From: Octopus vulgaris | Taxonomy: Eukaryota | Assembly (NCBI GenBank): GCA_951406725.2 | Contig: OX597828.1 | Span: forward strand, 39,804,001-39,868,000 | DNA length: 64,000 bases | Direction: 5' to 3' | Shown: one piece after another, positions 60,994 to 64,000 of the stretch | Position numbering within the stretch: the first letter of the stretch is position 1 | How the letters are laid out: each line of letters opens with the position of its first letter | Translations under genes and position numbers: made by a program | Notes under the pieces: generated by a model | Told to the model about the DNA's origin: nothing | Database searches by the model: none | The model's input: the letters and a program-made list of their open reading frames with translations, nothing else

Positions 60994-62480
60994 GTAGTAT
61001 TAAGGTCTATATTTCTTCTGGCTTTTTACTTTCTGGGTTCCAACTCTGCTGAGATCGGCATAGTCTTTCATCTTTTCGAGGTTGGTAAATAAGTACAAGT
61101 AGATGTAATCGATATACCGACCCCCTTAAAATTGCTAACTTCGCGCAAAAATTTGGAACCATTATTAAGGTCTATAGAAGGGAGATAACTTCGGCAAAAC
61201 CAGCCATTTGATAAATTAAGCCCCACATTGAGTCGATATATAATTGACTAAAAATTTTGAAGGTGGTGCTCCAGCATGGCCAGGGCCCAATGGCTGAACT
61301 ACTAAAAGAATCAGCATTGAAAATGGGTGATTTTGATAATAAAATCGTCACTTTGTTTTTTAATTAAGAATTATGAAAATAATATCAAAAGATAAACATT
61401 TTTTAAAAAAATAAAGACAATGTTTTAAAAAATTGCTTTTCTGTATACTTTTCATATGTATTTAGAGACATTCAACATAAGTTTACCGTTTTACAAAATT
61501 AAATTAGAAAATTGGACAAAACAGAGAACACAACTGAATTTTTTTTTTTAAATAAGCATGCTGCGGACATAGGAAAGATATCTAAAAATAAATTTTATTT
61601 GATCTTGCTCTCAATAGAATAACCTCGTTTCAGGTGTATTTAATACAATGTTTATTACCTTAAGGGGTCAAGTGTTTGAATAACGAGCTTCAAAAGTTAC
61701 GAAATTTTCTTTTAGCTACTGCAGTCAGGTGGCATTGTCGATTGTATCTACTTTGAAATAATTTTGACCAATCAATCGGTATATCTGATGAGAGGATTGC
61801 TTTGTAATTTTCAAGTGCATCGAGAATCGAAAAGGAAAAAGAAAAAAAACGGATTTATTCTGTTTTTAAAAGTTACTTAATTATTGCTATTTCATCCAAA
61901 AATATCAATTCGCTTTTAAAAACTGCTTTTCCTATATCCTGCGTTGCTCAAGCTGCCTCAAACAGCGCGGCAAAATGTCACTATTTAGTCTCCCTGGTGG
62001 GTTGATCTTTCAAAAACAAACCAATTTGCAATTCTGAAATACTCTACGGGTCTTTATTTTTCTCTGAAGATTCACATTAGCAAAAGACTATTTTTCTTAA
62101 TTACAATTTCACTCTATCTCTCGCCCCGCCTCCATTCTCTCTCCCCTCTCTCACACACATTATTTCTCTCTCTCTCTCTCACACACATTATTTCTTTCCT
62201 CTCTCTCTCACTCACTCAGCTCTCATTCACCCGCACTTCTTAAAACTGCTATTCCGAGAGATAACTTATTTCTTTATAAATCCAGAAGCTGCTGCTTCAA
62301 GCAAAGCAAAACTAAATGCAACATGACGTTTATTTGTTATATCTGGAAGGACATCAACGAAGGAAAAGATTTCTGTTAATTTAAATAATTTTAACGCAGT
62401 AGTCAATTGGATAACAAACAGGGTTAACTATTCTAGAAGCTTATATTTCCACTTGTTCTGTTAATCTCTAACAACTCAGA

Positions 62481-62667
62481 ATGTCGGCAATCGTCTTTCT
62501 ATCATCGTTACTGGCAATTCCCACTTCTTATTGCTTAAACAATATTTTCACAGTGCGACAACCTTTGCTAATACTTTTCTGCGGTGTATTCGTCCTTTCT
62601 GTTATGATTGGTATTCCATACCTCTATATACGAAACCGGCGAAATGTTACAGATCGTTTCTTTTATG
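62481..62667 (+). CDS. TM6SF1: TM6SF1/2-like transmembrane protein, first coding exon (gene continues beyond window)
   Basis: MSAIVFLSSLLAIPTSYCLNN...DRFFY resembles the TM6SF1 N-terminus (VFVLSLSAIPVTYVFN...DPLFY); strong G|gtaagt donor. Confidence 0.75.
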
Positions 62668-63787
62668 GTAAGTCACCATGAAATTTCAACCAATATCTTT
62701 TTTATGTAATTTTTATTAATCTATTTTGTTTTACCCTTTTCAGCTGTTGTCTTCCTGGAAGTTGTTTACTTTACCGTCAAAATGTTTAATTATCTTATAA
62801 TATACTTCCTCCCCGCCCTCTGCTAACCACAGACACAGTTAATTCCCTTGCAAGCTCTTCTGTCAGTTTCTGACAAGAAGTTCACCTCAGCTTCCTCGGC
62901 AACCACCGAAACAGGCTAAATTACAAATCTGTGACCACAGATTCCTTCGGGATTTCAGCCGAATATCCCTTAAATTGTATTCTGCTTAAAAACATATACA
63001 GAGTATATCTTGGATAGTCCGGCGAAAGTAAGGAACATGTACACCTGGTGTTTAGGGTTTTTATTACGCGAAAACAGGTGGTGTACGTATTCTTTACCTC
63101 TGCCTTTAAGTCTTACAAATACTGACTGAAAAATAAATAAAATAATAGAACCCTTGGTATGTTTACAGATGTGGGTTCGTATTCCAGGGGAAATCTTCGA
63201 TCTTTTTCTTCCCCAAAGGGATTTTCAACCTAATATTTACGGGCGATGTTTCGCTTGTCGTAGCACACGTTTCCGTCGATTGTCTATTTACGTGCTAGTA
63301 TTTATAGTTTAATGTACTATGAGATCCACTGTTCCAAAAAAGAAATTAAGGTGGTTGTTGTTTGAACGCCTTTGATTAAAGGGTTGACATGTTGATAACT
63401 TTCCTGTGTCAGCCAAAAGTTGTTGATAGCCCCTTAGTCAAGTCGCATTAAACAGATTTGATTGAAGGTTTTCTAGCAATTGGCGAACCTATCTTTTTAC
63501 CTGATTAAGATTATATTATCCAAAGAATCCCCTTTTTAAGGCATTAGAGTATAAGTTGCTGGAATTTGGCTGCTATTTCTAGCATATTGAGTGACCACAT
63601 ATAGCCGCGTTAGTTGGCTTGTATCCGCAAAATGCAGAGCTAATTGGTGTGCTTAAATGAAAAGAAGACATCCCTATGCAAGTGTGTCTCTGCCCGAATT
63701 TGCTTCCTCATAACTATCAGAAAAATTAATATTTTTTAATAAAATTTATTATAAAGCCATTTCAGATGGTGTAGATTACAAGTATAT

Positions 63788-64000
63788 ACTCTTTTACTTG
63801 TTTCAGTCATGTGACTGTGGCCATGCTGGAGCACCGCCTTTAGTCGAGCAAATCCACCTCAGGACACCACAAATAATTGTTGTTGACACACTACGGCAGA
63901 AAATGTATTCACCTCAATAGACGTCATTGATTGGTTGAAATTGCCGAAATGCAAGAAATTAAACAACAAATAGCTTAAAAACTACAGAATTTTCTCAAGA
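63788..64000. mobile_element. SINE tail (minus) joined to a fragment of the GGATC-TIR element
   Basis: Matches to 55433ff and to 34850-34960. Confidence 0.6.

Noticed and set aside
62744-62826. Possible second TM6SF1 exon after cccttttcag
   Set aside because: Reaches a stop within about 28 codons and lacks the expected F.FTSVV.L pattern.

Overview
AT-rich, intron-rich animal genomic DNA. Its SINE, microsatellite and TE landscape looks like a coleoid cephalopod, most likely Octopus (inference). I reconstructed three host genes by hand from splice sites and reading frames. (1) A clan-3, CYP3A-like cytochrome P450 on +, with 13 coding exons at 3786-30104; exon 1 was not found and is probably upstream of the window. 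(2) A complete 11-exon, 393-aa DNAAF4/DYX1C1 on - (58489-40252), with an RFX X-box just upstream of its ATG. (3) The first coding exon of a TM6SF1-like gene on + (62481-62667). The rest is nested TE debris: CR1/L2, RTE and R4-type LINEs, Gypsy LTR pieces, Penelope pieces, mariner, hAT/piggyBac/Merlin-or-MULE-like MITEs and many SINEs. Main highlights: the otherwise intact P450 has its I-helix oxygen-activation motif AGxET replaced by ASHFA, suggesting non-standard chemistry; its exon 9 combines a frame-required GC donor with a recursive-splice-like AG|GTAAGA acceptor; and a ~665-bp zero-spacer palindrome carries two back-to-back minimal hammerhead ribozymes, with further hammerhead-like motifs elsewhere in the window.
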